From Antedon mediterranea (taxonomy: Eukaryota > Animalia > Echinodermata), in NCBI RefSeq assembly GCF_964355755.1, contig NC_092671.1, forward strand, positions 33,800,304-33,864,303: a stretch of DNA of 64,000 nucleotides, read 5' to 3'. The notes under the pieces were generated by a model that was not told the DNA's origin, made no database searches, and saw nothing but the letters and a program-made list of their open reading frames with translations. The translations under genes were made by a program, and so were the position numbers. Of this stretch, positions 1 through 13,879 are shown piece after piece (within the stretch, counting starts at the first letter, position 1; each line of letters starts with the position of its first letter).

Positions 1-3000
1 ACCGAGGAAGAAATAATTAGAAAACAAGTTGATTTAACAGACAGCGTTTTAACACATAGAGAAAAAGAAGATTTGTATAAAACCTTACAACAAAACAGAA
101 ACGCATTTTCACTTTATGGTGAACTATCTAGCTGCCCAAACTTCAAAGCTGACATACACCTCTCTAACGATGAACCATTTTTTATTCGACCATACTTCGC
201 GACAGACAAAGACAAACATGTTATTGAGGCCGAATTGAACAAATTAGTCAAATTAGGAATCTTAGCAGTAGGACACCAATCGTATACTTCCCCTGTCCTT
301 CTTGTTTCAAAGAAAAATTCAAAAGATAAAAGAGTTGTCACAGACTTTCGCTATCTAAATTCCAGGATAAAACGTATTAATCACCCATTCCCATTAATTG
401 CCGAAACTTTGAAAACAATAGGTAACGCTAATGCACAGATTCTTAGCGTAATTGATTTGAAATCAGCGTTCCACTGTGTACCATTAGCCGAACATGCCCA
501 ACAATACACAGGTATAGCTTCATATCATGGTGGAAAACATTATTATTATAAGAGATTAGCACAAGGATTAAACGTTTCGCCAGGTATATTTCAAGCAAAG
601 ATTGACGAAATTTTAAATGAAATCCCAAATTCTAGAGAATTCTGTATCGCCCATCACGATGATATTATTTTATTTAGCCAAGACAAATTTGCTCATAAGC
701 AGCACCTCGTTTCCGTTTTACAAGCCCTACAATTAAATGGTTTTAGAATTTGTCCAAAGAAATGTAAGTTATTCAAGAATAAAGTGCAATATATGGGACA
801 CACCATCCTGATTAATTCTTCAGGACACGCATGCATCACACCATTAGGCGACAGGTGTGCAGCTATCCAAAATTTGCCAGTCCCACGAACCCATAAAGAA
901 ACTAAACGATTTATTGGTGCAGTAAATTATGTATCCTATTTTTTCCCTCAAATACAATCAATTTTACGTCCGTTACATACACTCGCAAGTAAACGCCGAA
1001 AATTTGTTTGGTCTACTGAACACCAGAAAGCATTTGACGAAATTAAACAATTAATGGTTAAACGACCTACTCTTCAAATGCCTAGAAAAGAAGGTAGATT
1101 TACGCTATATAGCGACACTTCAAGAACCGCAACAGGTTCATATTTAACACAAACAGTAAACGGTAAAGAACACATAATAGGTTATTATTCCAAAATCTTA
1201 CCACAAGCCTGTCAACGATATAGCGTCACAGAATTAGAGTTATTTGGACTTTACATTAACGTTTCAGCATTTCGACACTTACTAAAGGGTTGCGAATTTG
1301 ATGCATTCGTAGACCACTCAGCAATTGTACAAATTTGGAATTCAAAAGATCAGCCATGTACACCCCGTTTACAGAAACTAATATTACGATTGTCCGGATA
1401 CATTTTCCAAATTGGTTATAAGAAAGGAACTGAATTAGTTTTAGCAGATTTCCTCTCCCGAGCCCCTCGTGATGACGATTCCGAAATTGATCAAGTTGTA
1501 CCCATTGCATGTAATATTACAGAGACTGAATCTCTTAACCCGATTACAAACACATCTACTTGCAGACCAGTAACAAGGTCATACGTCAAGAAAATGGGAA
1601 TAAATATACCTGAACTACATAAACCCAAACCAGTACAAACACCTGTCATTAATCAAAATCCAGTGACAACAAACACGCGACCTACACCTCAACCTACCGC
1701 TACACCACAGATAATCACGAGACAACAAACAAACGATCACCGCCTATCATAACGCCACCTATCGTAACACCACCCCCAATACGTAATGTAAACATTCGAC
1801 AACCTCCAGAGGAACGACTAGTAGACAAAAATAAGCAAAGCAAAGACACTACACATCGAAATGTACCAGTTGAATTGTATACATCGCCCAAACCACTAGT
1901 ACCCAACATAACTGAATTTAAATCAGCACACATCCCAAATCAACAAGACTTAGATAGATTAATGGATGTTATTCAAAGAAAGATAATTAGAGATTATAAC
2001 CTCCCAGTAGATGTTAAACAATTACGTGTTGAACAAGAAACTTCACCATTTTTTAAGCCAGTTTACGATTATTTAGCTCATGATATCCTTCCAGCTGATA
2101 AGAAAGCAGCTCGTGCAGTTCAGAATAAGTCAGAGCAGTACATATTGTGCAACGGTTTACTATTCCGTTTATTTTTCCAAGATAAAGGTGGAGAATTTGT
2201 ATTGCAATTAGCTGTTCCTGAAAACTTAGCCGAGACTGTTATTTCTCAGTATCACGACAATTTGTTAAGTAGCCACCAAGGTACGATGCGTACTTACCTT
2301 ACTATTAGGAAATTATTTTACATGCCTCTTATGTTCGAGAAAGTCAACAATTATACCCAAGCGTGTCTTAGATGTCAATAATTTCGTCCCAAAACCGATA
2401 AATTACGTCCTTTACACGATAGAGTACCAGCAACTTACCGTCCCTTTCATACACTCAGTCTAGATTTTAAGAGTATGCCAACATCGCCTTCAGGTTTTAA
2501 ACATATTATGGTAGTATGTGATGAGATAACTAGATTTTTGATTTGTGTACCCTTGAAATCCATTGATGCCGAAACAATTTGTGAAGCACTAATTCAAAAG
2601 GTAATCAGTATTTTTGGACCCCCATCTCGTCTTATTTCAGATGCAGCAACCTCCCTTACAGGAAAATTATTAACACTATTATGTAACACCCTTAATATTG
2701 ATAGGAAAATCATCAGCGTCCACAATCACGGTAGTTTACAAGTTGAACGTCATATCCGCACCGTATCGGACCTGTTAAAGGTCAACCTTAACCAATTCGG
2801 AACAGATTGGGTTAGATTTGTATCAACAACATGTTATGCTTATAACTCGTTTTCATCCCCACATCTAGGAAACCACTCCCCTTACGAATTAGTTTTTGGG
2901 CGACAACCTCCAAGTTTGACCTCATTAGCATTTAACCCTATTTCAGGATTGTCTCATTCCTATGAAGAATACTTTGAACACCTCAAGAAGAAATTTCAAA

Positions 3001-3875
3001 ACATTTCACAGACAATGCTACAATTACAGCGAACACAACAAAACGTCCAAAACTCAAAAATTTCCCAACGCTTAGAAAAAAGTCCAATTTACTCAGTAGG
3101 ACAACTCGTATATTTATACAAGCCAACATCATCATCACTAACGGCAAATTCAAAGAAAATCGCCGCAGAATGGGTCGGACCATTAGTAATTCATGAAGTA
3201 CTAGACAGAACACACTACATCCTAGCGACGATTAAAGGAGAAATACTTCGCGACGTATTCAATTATAACAGACTGAAACCCTGTTTTATGAGAACGCCTA
3301 AAGAACGCAAAAATTTTACACATCTACAAAAACTTAAACAATTGTTGAATGAACCCACTGATGATAATGACGAGAAAATCCAAAACACCATTAATGTAGT
3401 AAATGACGAAACCAATGTTGAATTTGTAGACGAACATGATAGGACACCCACCCAATTGCAATCAGATACCCTTACACATCCAACTAAAGTAGAACCCATT
3501 AACTTACAACCTTACTTTGACTGTGTAGAGAATAACATGGGATTAGCAGCCCCATTCCAAATGAAAGAAGAACAAATAAAGGAACAAACTAATCTAATTA
3601 TGACAGCACCTAATGATTCAAGTATGAAATTAAACCGAGGTAGATTTAAAGCAGGACATTTCCAAGTTTTAGTTTCATATTCTAAACCGACTTCAGCCAA
3701 ACGCAACACTGATAAAACAAAACACGAATCTAATGATCGCAAATTTTGGTGGAATATTGACAGATATAACGATACAGATAAATTGATTAAAGAGATCATT
3801 AATGATAAACAGATACCGATAAGTGGATCGCCAAAACGATTCATAAAACGTTTGTATAATGCAACGAATTACTGA
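1..3875 (+). pseudogene. pol: Gypsy pol (RT, RNase H, Pro-rich linker, integrase), disrupted
   Basis: RT motifs SPVLLV/DFRYLN/IDLKSAF/QGL..SP/HHDD; RNase H YSDTS, ELE, VDH, LADFLSR; integrase HHCC (YH..SH..CLRC), LSLD, ISD, VER and a GPY/F-like WVGP. There is a frameshift near 1740-1760 and an in-frame TAA at 2379-2381. Confidence 0.92.
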
Positions 3876-4746
3876 TTTAATTTTTTTTGCAAGATTATTT
3901 TTAAATTACGACATTTGCTAAATTAATGATAGCATAGTCTACGTATTTGATGAGATTTGTTTAGTAATGATGTGATTTCAGTTAAAAGAGAATTGAATTT
4001 ATGTTTAAGTATTGATTTTGTAACGAGTTTTTTGATAAAGATTAATTTTGAATTTTGAATGATCGATATATTGAGATATTGAAAAGAACGACAATCATGT
4101 TGTAACAAATATTTTGTTTAACCTTTGAGTCGTTAATCTCAAGCATTAATACAAAAACAGGAGATTTTCTTAGTACTTTTAATTGTAATTTTTTTTGACA
4201 TTGAGTACAAAAGTCGAATTTGTCGACCGATTGAAATCGTAATTACCTGTAAATATAAATGCTTAAATCGATAAAGTTGTGACGATAACGATATATTGTG
4301 GATAAGTTTGTGTCAACGGGACACACACATTTGTTTCTTTTAAAGTTTTAAGTGATTAAGTTTGATATTTTGATTTTAGGCTAATCAGCCACAGTTTCTT
4401 GAGTTTTATGTTTTGAATTGATTGATTTATATTTGAAGACCATTAGAACGCGATGAGTGTATGTTCAATGTAACATACTATTTTTAGGTTTTGTATTTTT
4501 ATTTTCAACTGATTTATGTTTGATTTACGCGAATTTTTATACCAAATTCATTTTTAATTTCATTTTTTAAAAGAGAGAGAAGAGAGAGAGAGAAGAGAGA
4601 GAGTGAAAGTGATAAGGTTACACTTCAGAGTCAATGGTTTTGGCTAACTCAATTTTTGCTTATATGTATAATAATGTTTTTTTTCTTTTATATAACTTTA
4701 ATTTTGCATGCCACTATTATAACCATTTTTATATTAAAAATAGATT

Positions 4747-4774
4747 AGAAGAAAAAAAAAGGGAAACAGAGGGA
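4747..4774 (+). promoter_or_regulatory. Polypurine tract of the Gypsy element
   Basis: agaagaaaaaaaaagggaaacagaggga lies immediately 5' of the LTR TG. Confidence 0.85.
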
Positions 4775-5431
4775 TGTAATATAACGATATACTTTTATAT
4801 TTAAGAAATTGACCTTTGTATCAGAATTCAAATAGGTTCACAAACTTGACCCAGAAAGTCCAGAGGAGAGTTTGTCCAGATGTTTTAATGACCATTTAGT
4901 TTATAATAGAATCCCTAAAGAAAACACTTAGCTTAACTTTGTGACTGTTCCCATCGTAAAACAATTAGATATTGACAGTTTTAAGCAGAGATTCGACAGG
5001 GCCAATTCATCATTGTAACCTCCCCAGATAAGATCAATCATTCCCACTTAAACACCCCTGGATCAACTTAGGACCAATCATTAGCTCCATAAATGATGTA
5101 ATGACATTATGCAAATGAACTGAGCCAATATACTCCCAAGTTTCTAAAGAGCCCAGACACACCTCACAGCCACTTCTTCAGAAGAACATCTACACCTCAC
5201 AGCCACTTCTTCAGAAGAACATCTACACCTTACAGCCACTTCTCCAGAAGCAGACCTACACACTTCACACCTCACCGACAGCATCACTGATCCTCTGTAT
5301 CCTTATCCTAATGGTATATTGTACCGAATCATTATTGTACTGAAGTATTATACTGAATAAACAATATATGTGTTACGACAGTCAAGCGAGTAAGAGTCTT
5401 CATTAGTACCTCAACACAACATTATATTACA
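4775..5431 (+). repeat. 3' LTR (657 bp)
   Basis: 10-bp terminal inverted repeat TGTAATATAA...TTATATTACA. Contains CCAAT boxes, ATGCAAAT near 5110, a ~33-bp unit repeated 3 times at ~5157-5262, and AATAAA near 5356. Confidence 0.9.
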
Positions 5432-7275
5432 TTATGTTGACCGGGCCAGTGACAGGACGATCGACTGTACTACCATAAGTCCTCTAGGTGGATACAATTT
5501 ATTTCTTGTCTACAAAGTGTACAGTAGTATGCTAAGTAGGTAGTTGGAGTAGTTTGGAGAGAAACATCTATTTATAAGAGAGTACTGTATATATCAAACT
5601 ATCTGTGTTGACCGCCTTTGTATTTTTAGATATTAATACCAATAGGTACCATGTATTGGGATGCAATTTAACAGTTATGAATAACAAATCTCTATATGAT
5701 GCTTTAGTGCATTTTTCAGCTGTGAAATATAAAATTGTTAATTGAAAAAGAAAATTTAGGGTGATCATCCCAGTTTTTACATTCTAAATTTGATACTTTA
5801 TGCAACAATAGGCATAAACGATTTTTAAATTAACAGGTATAAAAGCAAATTGAAAGCCCTACGTACTCTGTATTTGGAGGAAATAAGCATAAGAACAAAT
5901 AAAGCCTTGACCACAGGGTGTAATTCACTATTTTGAATCGGTAGTACGACTACTGTACTTATGTGTTGGACCATACTGTAATGTGGTCCAGGTTGACGGG
6001 CCAGGAATGATGGTAGTGCCAGTATATCGTTTACTGTAGTTTAGCCTCAAGGCAATACCATGTAGCTGGAGTACCTTGGAGAAATACAGTAGAGATTTAT
6101 GAGACTTGGTGTGTGATGATTCAGTATGATAATTGTTGAACTATGAAGAAAATATTGTAAAATATAACAAGGAAATTATACTATAGTATAATTAAGGGGT
6201 AACCGTATAATATATAATTATAATAAATGCAATGGCAATTACTAATATAATTATGTATACAAATACAATATTACATTTAAATTCATATATTATTTTATTA
6301 TGATAAGGAAATCTGTTTTAGAATGAGAAAAAGCCGCCCCAACCCAGCTATCAATAAAGCTACAGTATAAACAGAATGAATAGACCATTATGGTAACCGG
6401 TCTGGGTATAGCATAGACCTATTCTACTCTAGGCCTAGTAAGATTAGCTAGAAGGATACAGGTCAACACGTACACATGCCAACAACGTACCCAAATTTTG
6501 GTCTACTCATACCCAAAATGTTGGCCCACTCCTGCACATCATGGGCTGGCTCGTACTCATCACGGGCTGGCCTCTACCCATGTTTAATGCTATTAAAAGT
6601 ACATTTATATTACATACGGGTTGGTTTGGGTACGGGTTGACCAGCACACCCTAGCTAGAATACGGGTCAACCCGTACCATGGCTGCCAACTCGTACCCAT
6701 CAGGCATCATGGATGGGCTAGAATACTACTTACAAGTTAGGTTAGCCTAGCTGGGCTAACCTACCTCACCTCTCTCGAAAATGCGACCGCCCAAATTACT
6801 GAAGCCCAGGCCTAACTAGAGCAACCAACCAACCAACCAGGCCTAGGACTTAATTTAAAATTTACTCTATAGGCCTAGGCTAGCTAGCCCTGGGCCTAGA
6901 TAGATTAATTAGTGATCCGTAGTAGTGGGCTAACACCTTTGGCTCTACTACGAGGCCTTTTTATGCTCATAGGATAGCTTTTTTTGCGGCGTACCTAATG
7001 TAGGCCTATGCCTATCTAGGCCAGATTTCGCATTCTCGCAGGACTATAGCCTATGCTCTAGTAGGGCTAGTGGGTGTACCCTGGTCGACTCGTACCCATG
7101 CCAACTCGTACTTAACTTCCTACCCACCCCCTCATACCACCCAAATAATTGGTTGATTTCACGCTAGTAGGCCTAGCCTAGCTACGATATTCATATGCCC
7201 TGCTAAAAAGGTAGATGAGCTACTAAACTAATTACGTAATTCGTACAATAATTGACTAGGCTAGGCCTAGGCTAG
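5432..7275. mobile_element. Diverged single arm of the foldback family seen at 29588-35296
   Basis: 5432-5520 matches 31190-31280 (reverse). 5530-6500 is colinear with 33345-34470, then degrades into TAGGCCTA-rich sequence. Confidence 0.75.
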
Positions 7276-7769
7276 GCCTTTCTTGCATGGCAATACCATA
7301 ACCTGCTACTATTCTGGTTGCCGAGTGGATTTTATATTGAATATAGTCTATAACGTTACAAATTGTCTCCAGATAGGAACCTAATGACAGCGATATCGTG
7401 TATTAAAAGTACTTAATACAGTCAGATAGGTCTCTGGTAGACTTTCGACAGTCTTCCACGTTGAGTGTAATAACAGCTACAGAATCGGGTGTTTGGATGC
7501 ACTTCTTTTATTATGTTTCCTGTTTTCAAATGATATATTATCAGCATTCCATCAGAAACAGATACATTTTGCTTCTTGTTAAAAGGCATTGATATAATGT
7601 GAAATTATATTTTTTATTGTTATAAGGGGATATTAGGGATTACCGGGAAAAAAAGTTGAGCAGGGTTCAATTATACCAAACGCTGGTTTGCGACGAAGGC
7701 GTACTCTCATACCTCAGGTAGGTTTACTATTGGAATTATAACTTGACTTTATGTACAGGTTTAACTTAC

Positions 7770-8214
7770 TTTCAGCGTTTATTTTCTTAAGAGGTCCTGA
7801 AACAATTAAACAAAAACATAGGAACATTTTGAAATTGATATTCATGTTAACATTAGGATCAGTAAAAAATTATTAGGTTTGCGGGTTTGGTTATCAAATG
7901 TTATCTACTTTTTAGCTAGTTCATTATCCCGAACGAGCTGTTATAATCTGAAAAGGAGTCAGTAATTAGGTATTTTACAGGAGTATTGATTGTAGTTGAA
8001 CATGGTGCATACGACTTTCATTATTATAGTTCATGTTGTGTTTTGACTTATTTTTGTTTGAATTAAGATATTGTGATTTATGTGACACATCCTTTCAAGA
8101 GTTTCTTCTTTCTTGTGGACATACTTCGGTTTGGTTTTTATTACTGTACTTAGATAATATTATATGCGTATTTGTGTAACTTACTTCCACCGTTTATTTC
8201 CATAATAGAAGACT
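7770..8214 (-). CDS. Two tandem phase-1 microexons (30 nt at 8185-8214, 27 nt at 7770-7796)
   Basis: ttacag|AGTCTTCTATTATGGAAATAAACGGTGGAA|gtaagt and tttcag|GACCTCTTAAGAAAATAAACGCTGAAA|gtaagt translate as xSSIMEINGG-RPLKKINAE. The flanking intron blocks are homologous (7891 vs 8270), with an inverted third copy at ~8640-8820. Confidence 0.55.
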
Positions 8215-10544
8215 CTGTAACAAAGATTAGAAGGAAACATAAAGAATACATTTTCATTTTCAAATTTAATTATCAAATGTGTTTTCCTTTTAGTTAGTTC
8301 AACATCTAGAAGGATATTTTGGATTAAAAAAGAAGTTATCAACGTTTTCCGAATATGTGAGGTCCGAATACGGGAGGATCGATATACAATCTGTGCTGAT
8401 CAGAGTTCAATTAGAAACAAATTTATATAGAGACGACACGAGACAAATTAGAAACATTAATTACCATCACTTTATCATTAAATTTATTATCATTACATAT
8501 CGTCACTTTTCTGTTAGGTAGAACTAATTACCGTACCACACGGCACGTGATCTTAATTCGAACAAAAATACAACCAATTGCATTGTTTGTGTAACATGTT
8601 CCATTATAACCATTGGCATACATTCTTACATTAGTAGTCTACTTTGATTAATTTCTCTTTGGATTAAACAAATCCTTCAAGATGTTGAACTAAACTAAAA
8701 GTAGATAACACATTTGATAAACACGGTTACAAACATCAACTTATCTGTTACATGAATATACATTTCAAAGTGTTCATGCTTTTTGTCTGATCAGTTTCAG
8801 AACCTCATAATGGGATAATAGTATTCATAAAATATAAAAATACTTTAGACGAAAGTTAATAATCACAATGATAAAGGATAATCATTGCTTTGATAATGTA
8901 TGATTTTCAACATTGTAATACCATGTAATATAATTATGTATTATATATTTCTTTTTATGTTCAATGTACAGTAATAATTATATTTATTCGCAAATTTAAT
9001 ACACATTAATATAATATAAACGATACCGGTATGGAACCACATATTAAGTTTATAAAGTGATAATGAATTTAAATACACACTATAATCAATCTTAAGCATA
9101 AACTTTACCTCAGTTAACACAAAACACTAACATTCAATGTTTCAATGCAATATCCTTGCTATTAATCACTCGTTATTAATATGTTATGTTATTTCAGTTC
9201 ATGACAGAGTTTATTTATATACTGTGTTTTACTTATCATCTTTTTCTATTTGATTTTAGACGATCAAAGTCTGTTTTAAGTCATACATTGGTGTAGGCTA
9301 ATACTTAAAGAACATTTTACAGTAACATGTTTGTCTACAGTAATGTCTGTTAATGAATTTTTAAATAACTTGTCCTCCGAAAATATTTCTTTTGATCATG
9401 CTTTCAATTCAATTCAACTCAAAATAACATTTATTTACTTCCTTTTAAAATTAAAAAGACACAGCATTGTTTGTCATCAGTTGAAGATGTATTCCGTATG
9501 TTTATGGGAACATAGACATATAATCTCAACCAGATGTTTCTATATTAAATCATCTGTACATAATTTTTTTTTTGCATTTAGTATTACAATAGTATCATTG
9601 TTATTGTTATATTATACTTTTATTTCTTATTACATAGGGTATGCCGTACAATACAGGTATATAAACAGAAACAACTAATAGTTATAACTGTTTTTTTTTA
9701 TTTCTGTGTTGCCATCATATATATGTATTTTGTACCTACGTTTTCGTCTGTCTGCCTGTCTTGTATTTATCTTGAACTAGACTGGATTACATAGTGATAA
9801 CCCATAACCCATTATCTTAAACACCCATTACCAGATGTGAAATACTTATTGTGTTTCCGCATAGAGATAATCTTTGAAGAATATTTGTGGTTTGTGGGGA
9901 AACTAATTCCCATATAGCAACGTTTCATTTTTTAGATGGAGTTTTTCACTTACACAACGTTTATTTTCTGTTTTATAACTTTTTATATTTGCATATTTTT
10001 CCGTGGAAACACAGTTACCGTAACATTGTTTCTTGTTTATTTATAGCGAGTTGACAAATGACATGCGACAGCCCATCGTCAAATCCCTTAAGTTTTGTTA
10101 CGTCGTTGTGTTGCGTCTCTAGTGAGAACCAAATATTATGCAAAATAACTAAACATTTTGTACTAAAAACAGCTACATGCTTTATTTATTTGCAATTGTC
10201 AGTATTATATATATATAATAATTGCAATTGCATATATATGTATTCGAATATCAGCAATTAATAGAGTGTTTATACTTTTAAATGTATACGGTAGTTTAAG
10301 TGTTTAATTATGTTTATATTGTTTATAAAATGAGGATAATATACTTACTAAAATGTATACTGTGGTTATCTCTCGAAGTTTTTCCATGCGTTGATAATAT
10401 TCGATTATGTAAATATTTCTACGGATAATTAACCGTACTGTTTACTATACTTTTTTCTCCTCGATATATTTTCTGATTTATTTTGTTTCACGTTTTTATG
10501 CATTAGGATTACCAATAGTAAATTAATAATTTAATCACTGTCTA

Positions 10545-11118
10545 TCAGATAGATGGCAATCTCCTGACACTGCTATTTTGTGAATTAGTCCAGCTGGGTA
10601 ATACCCCACTAATCTCGAATGATAAACTGCGTTCGGTCGGGAAAAGTGTGTACTCTGGACCTAAATTATATTCCTTATCCGAGAAGACTTGTTCCACCAC
10701 CAGAACCCATGACGCATGACGATATTCGGCCATTTACCAGAGAATTCTTCTCTGTTTACCACTTTTATCACCTACCTTTACACCTGTCATTTTATATAAT
10801 CTTATAATCAATTTGAGCCAAAGTACTTTCTTGTGCATAGTGAAATGACCACAACGCTCTGGTCCATATTTACTGCGATACCTTAGATGCAGTGGAAGAC
10901 ACAGTTAGTATAATTCGTATCAAACATTTGACTCCACCGGTCTCTTGCACAAACCACTATATTATTTCCTTCCTACCCCAGGGTAAAGACGCTTTAATTC
11001 ACATTTTAAAACGTCTGTAAGTTACCGAAGTTGGTTCTTGAAAAATATCTTTTGTAGCGGATTTATCTTTAGTCAAAATCGTAAAGTTATCGCTAACAAT
11101 GTTAACCCTCTTACTCAT
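10545..11118 (-). pseudogene. Heavily decayed Penelope-like element 3' region (linker/GIY-YIG side)
   Basis: Translates NIVSDNFTILTKDKSATKDIFQEPTSVTYRR, which resembles the Penelope IL..D...IF..PP..AYRR motif. A YPAGL (PxGLN-like) motif lies near the end. Many stops and frameshifts. Confidence 0.45.
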
Positions 11119-13879
11119 TTAAGGCCATGGAAAAGCGGTGCAGAGTCTATCTATAAAAAACCTACCCATTTTGAGATTTCAATACAAAACGATCAAAACA
11201 CTTTAAAATATTAAATGCTTGTTCAAAATATAAAAAGTATGTATTTTGCAATTATTTAAGTCGTTTCCATTGAAAATCTTTTTTTGTTCACTAAAAATAG
11301 ATATTCGTCAAAGCGCTTTTGTAAACAAACCGCTAACCCAAATGACGTCATGTTTGGTACCTATATCTGTTCAAAAGTAATAATTTATGTCAGCTACAAT
11401 AATTGTTAACAACCTCTTTACCTTTTTAAAAATAAATGTAGCCAGTGGAAATTGGTATGGTGTTAGGTTGCTAACATTTCTACCAAGATAAAAACACGCT
11501 CCTTGATTACAAACAGCAAGGCTTCCACTGTAGTTTGAACTTCTCAACATTTTGTGAATATTTGAGAATTTAATCGTTATTTTCTTCATTTATTTAAAGA
11601 AAAAAAGATACAATATAATATTATGTACCGCATAGTGTAAATATTTTCAAGTTATTGAGTAAATGGCGACTTTTGTCAGCAGACACGTTGATTGGGAAGG
11701 CTACGGTAGGCCCAGCTAATCGGCGTCGCTATTTCATTGTTAATTTTCTAAAGATAAAAAAAATCCACATTTATTTCTTAAGTTAAGTTATTTTCTTATT
11801 TTTAGTGCATGCATCATAGTAAATGTAAATCATGTTACACAGTAATCAAATTCACTTTGTATTATGGACGGCGTTCTCTACCAGAGATTGATGTTCGGAG
11901 TCACAACGTGCTATTACTTGACTGGCATTTGAAATGAACAACCGTGCTTTGAACAGTTCATAATTTATGCCATATGATCTTTTATCGCGTGTTTTATAAC
12001 GAAGACTTATACAAAGGCATCATTGCTACATTCACACCATATTACAGCACGTTAAACAAAGGAAAATCATAACAACAACTGAACGTCTTCCATTCCGTGA
12101 AACGGAACAAGTGTGAATGTAGCTTTATAAACATGTATATGCCTATAAAATGTTCTTTGATGCAATAATAATCAGTATAAGAAAATCTTAACTAATGATG
12201 ATGGAATTGCGAGTACAGCATATGAAAATAAAGATATATATACTGTAGCTACAGAAGCATTTTAATTGTCAATTAATATAACACTATTAATAAACAACAA
12301 CAAGCATGATTATGTTATTATTTCTAGTTGGTTTGGCAACAAATGACTATTAAAATTAAATTACATTTAAAAAACATTGGTTGAATCTACAAAAATGAAC
12401 GCTCGGAAAGTTACACCACTATAAAACCGCTATATATCGAAAACAAAATGTATATGCTTAAACCATTGTTTTCTTTAGAATTTTAAATGACAAAAATGTA
12501 ATAGGAATTTAAAAGAATTATTGTACTCTGATACCAGTGTTATAGCCAGGGATGTGCATAACTGCATAGAACGAATACAGAGAGACACAATTATTATTAC
12601 TATTAACTACAGTATCTTTTGAGTTTATTATTCAGTTTCTTTTGTAATATTTATTATATTGTATCATATGTATACTATAATGTGAGTGGAAAACAATAAA
12701 GTAAATCAAACAAAATAAATGACAAAATGTTAATGTAAACAATGCGCTTATCGTCAATTGTTTACCTAAAGATAAAGAGATTTATCTACGAATGATTCAA
12801 TGTAAGTCAACTCCTTAGTAACCATCTAAAAATACAAGTGAAACATCAATTAATTGATTGATACAAAGAGTAGAAAAGAGAAAAGATTGGTTTGGTTAAG
12901 TTTATAATTCAGTGTAATAACTACTATTAACATAGGCCTAACTGTTGGTTATAATCACCTTCTTGCTTACTGCTTATGTCATGATCTGAAATAAAATAAT
13001 TAGAGTATCAACAACGTATTCAGTAATTTGTGAGCAGATCTTGGTCCTCCAATCCCGCTAACCACCAATCGTTCCCAGTAAAACACAAACATTGACATAC
13101 ATAAACGTAAAACAGTATAGTTTTTAGATTACTTATTATTATTCTATATAATATAAACATTTTCTAGTTGGCCTGTTGGCTTCTGATTAAAAAATAAATT
13201 GATATCAATCAATTTACCTCAGACTCTGTAATTTATATCAACAAAAAGTATGGAAGTCAATGAGTTTTTGGTTGATTTTTTTTGTTTATTTTGTTTTTAT
13301 TTTTTTATGGACGTGATTAAATTATTGAAATTGCGAAATGGTATATTCTTTTAAATTTTTGTTAATCTTCATTTTCATGTTTTTGGGGAACAATACATCT
13401 TTAACCTTAGAACATAAGCACAGCAAAATGGCAGTTTTTGTCTTGAGTAAGTCCCACTTATAAATTGTCCGGTCTATCTCTACTAACCTTCATCTCGACG
13501 AATTCTGCTGCGATGCTCTGAAATGTAATAAAATAAGAATATCTAATAATTACTTTGGTGAAATATAATAGTCATGGGAGATGAATATAAGAGGATGACC
13601 TAGTGTTGTAATTTTAGAAATTAACAATAATTTAAACACATCGTAAAATCTATGAGAATAATTATGATTAATACAGTTATGAACAAAAATATATAGCTGA
13701 TAAGTATTGGTATCTTTAAGTGACATTAGATTAAATTCCTTACAAAAGGACCCATATTAGCTTTAAAAGAAGATTTTAAATTACTAGTGGGTGTACCCGA
13801 ATGGTCCTCGAAAACATGACCAACGCCTCTGGAAATTGAAGCCCGGGTGACACCTATGCATATGACTGATGAGTAATTG

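Larger units (their letters stand above)
1..5431 (+). mobile_element. Gypsy/Ty3 LTR retrotransposon, 3' portion (runs off the window start)
   Basis: Domain order is RT-RNaseH-integrase. A polypurine tract (4747-4774) directly precedes a TG...CA LTR. Sequence after 5431 resumes a repeat also seen uninterrupted at 31240-31280 on the minus strand. Confidence 0.95.

Noticed and set aside
114-3844. Antisense ORFs over the Gypsy pol
   Set aside because: Shadow frames of the coding strand with no independent evidence.
9331-9678. 115-aa hydrophobic ORF
   Set aside because: TTG start, AT-rich, and overlaps a repeat also present at 35460-35643; no motif support.
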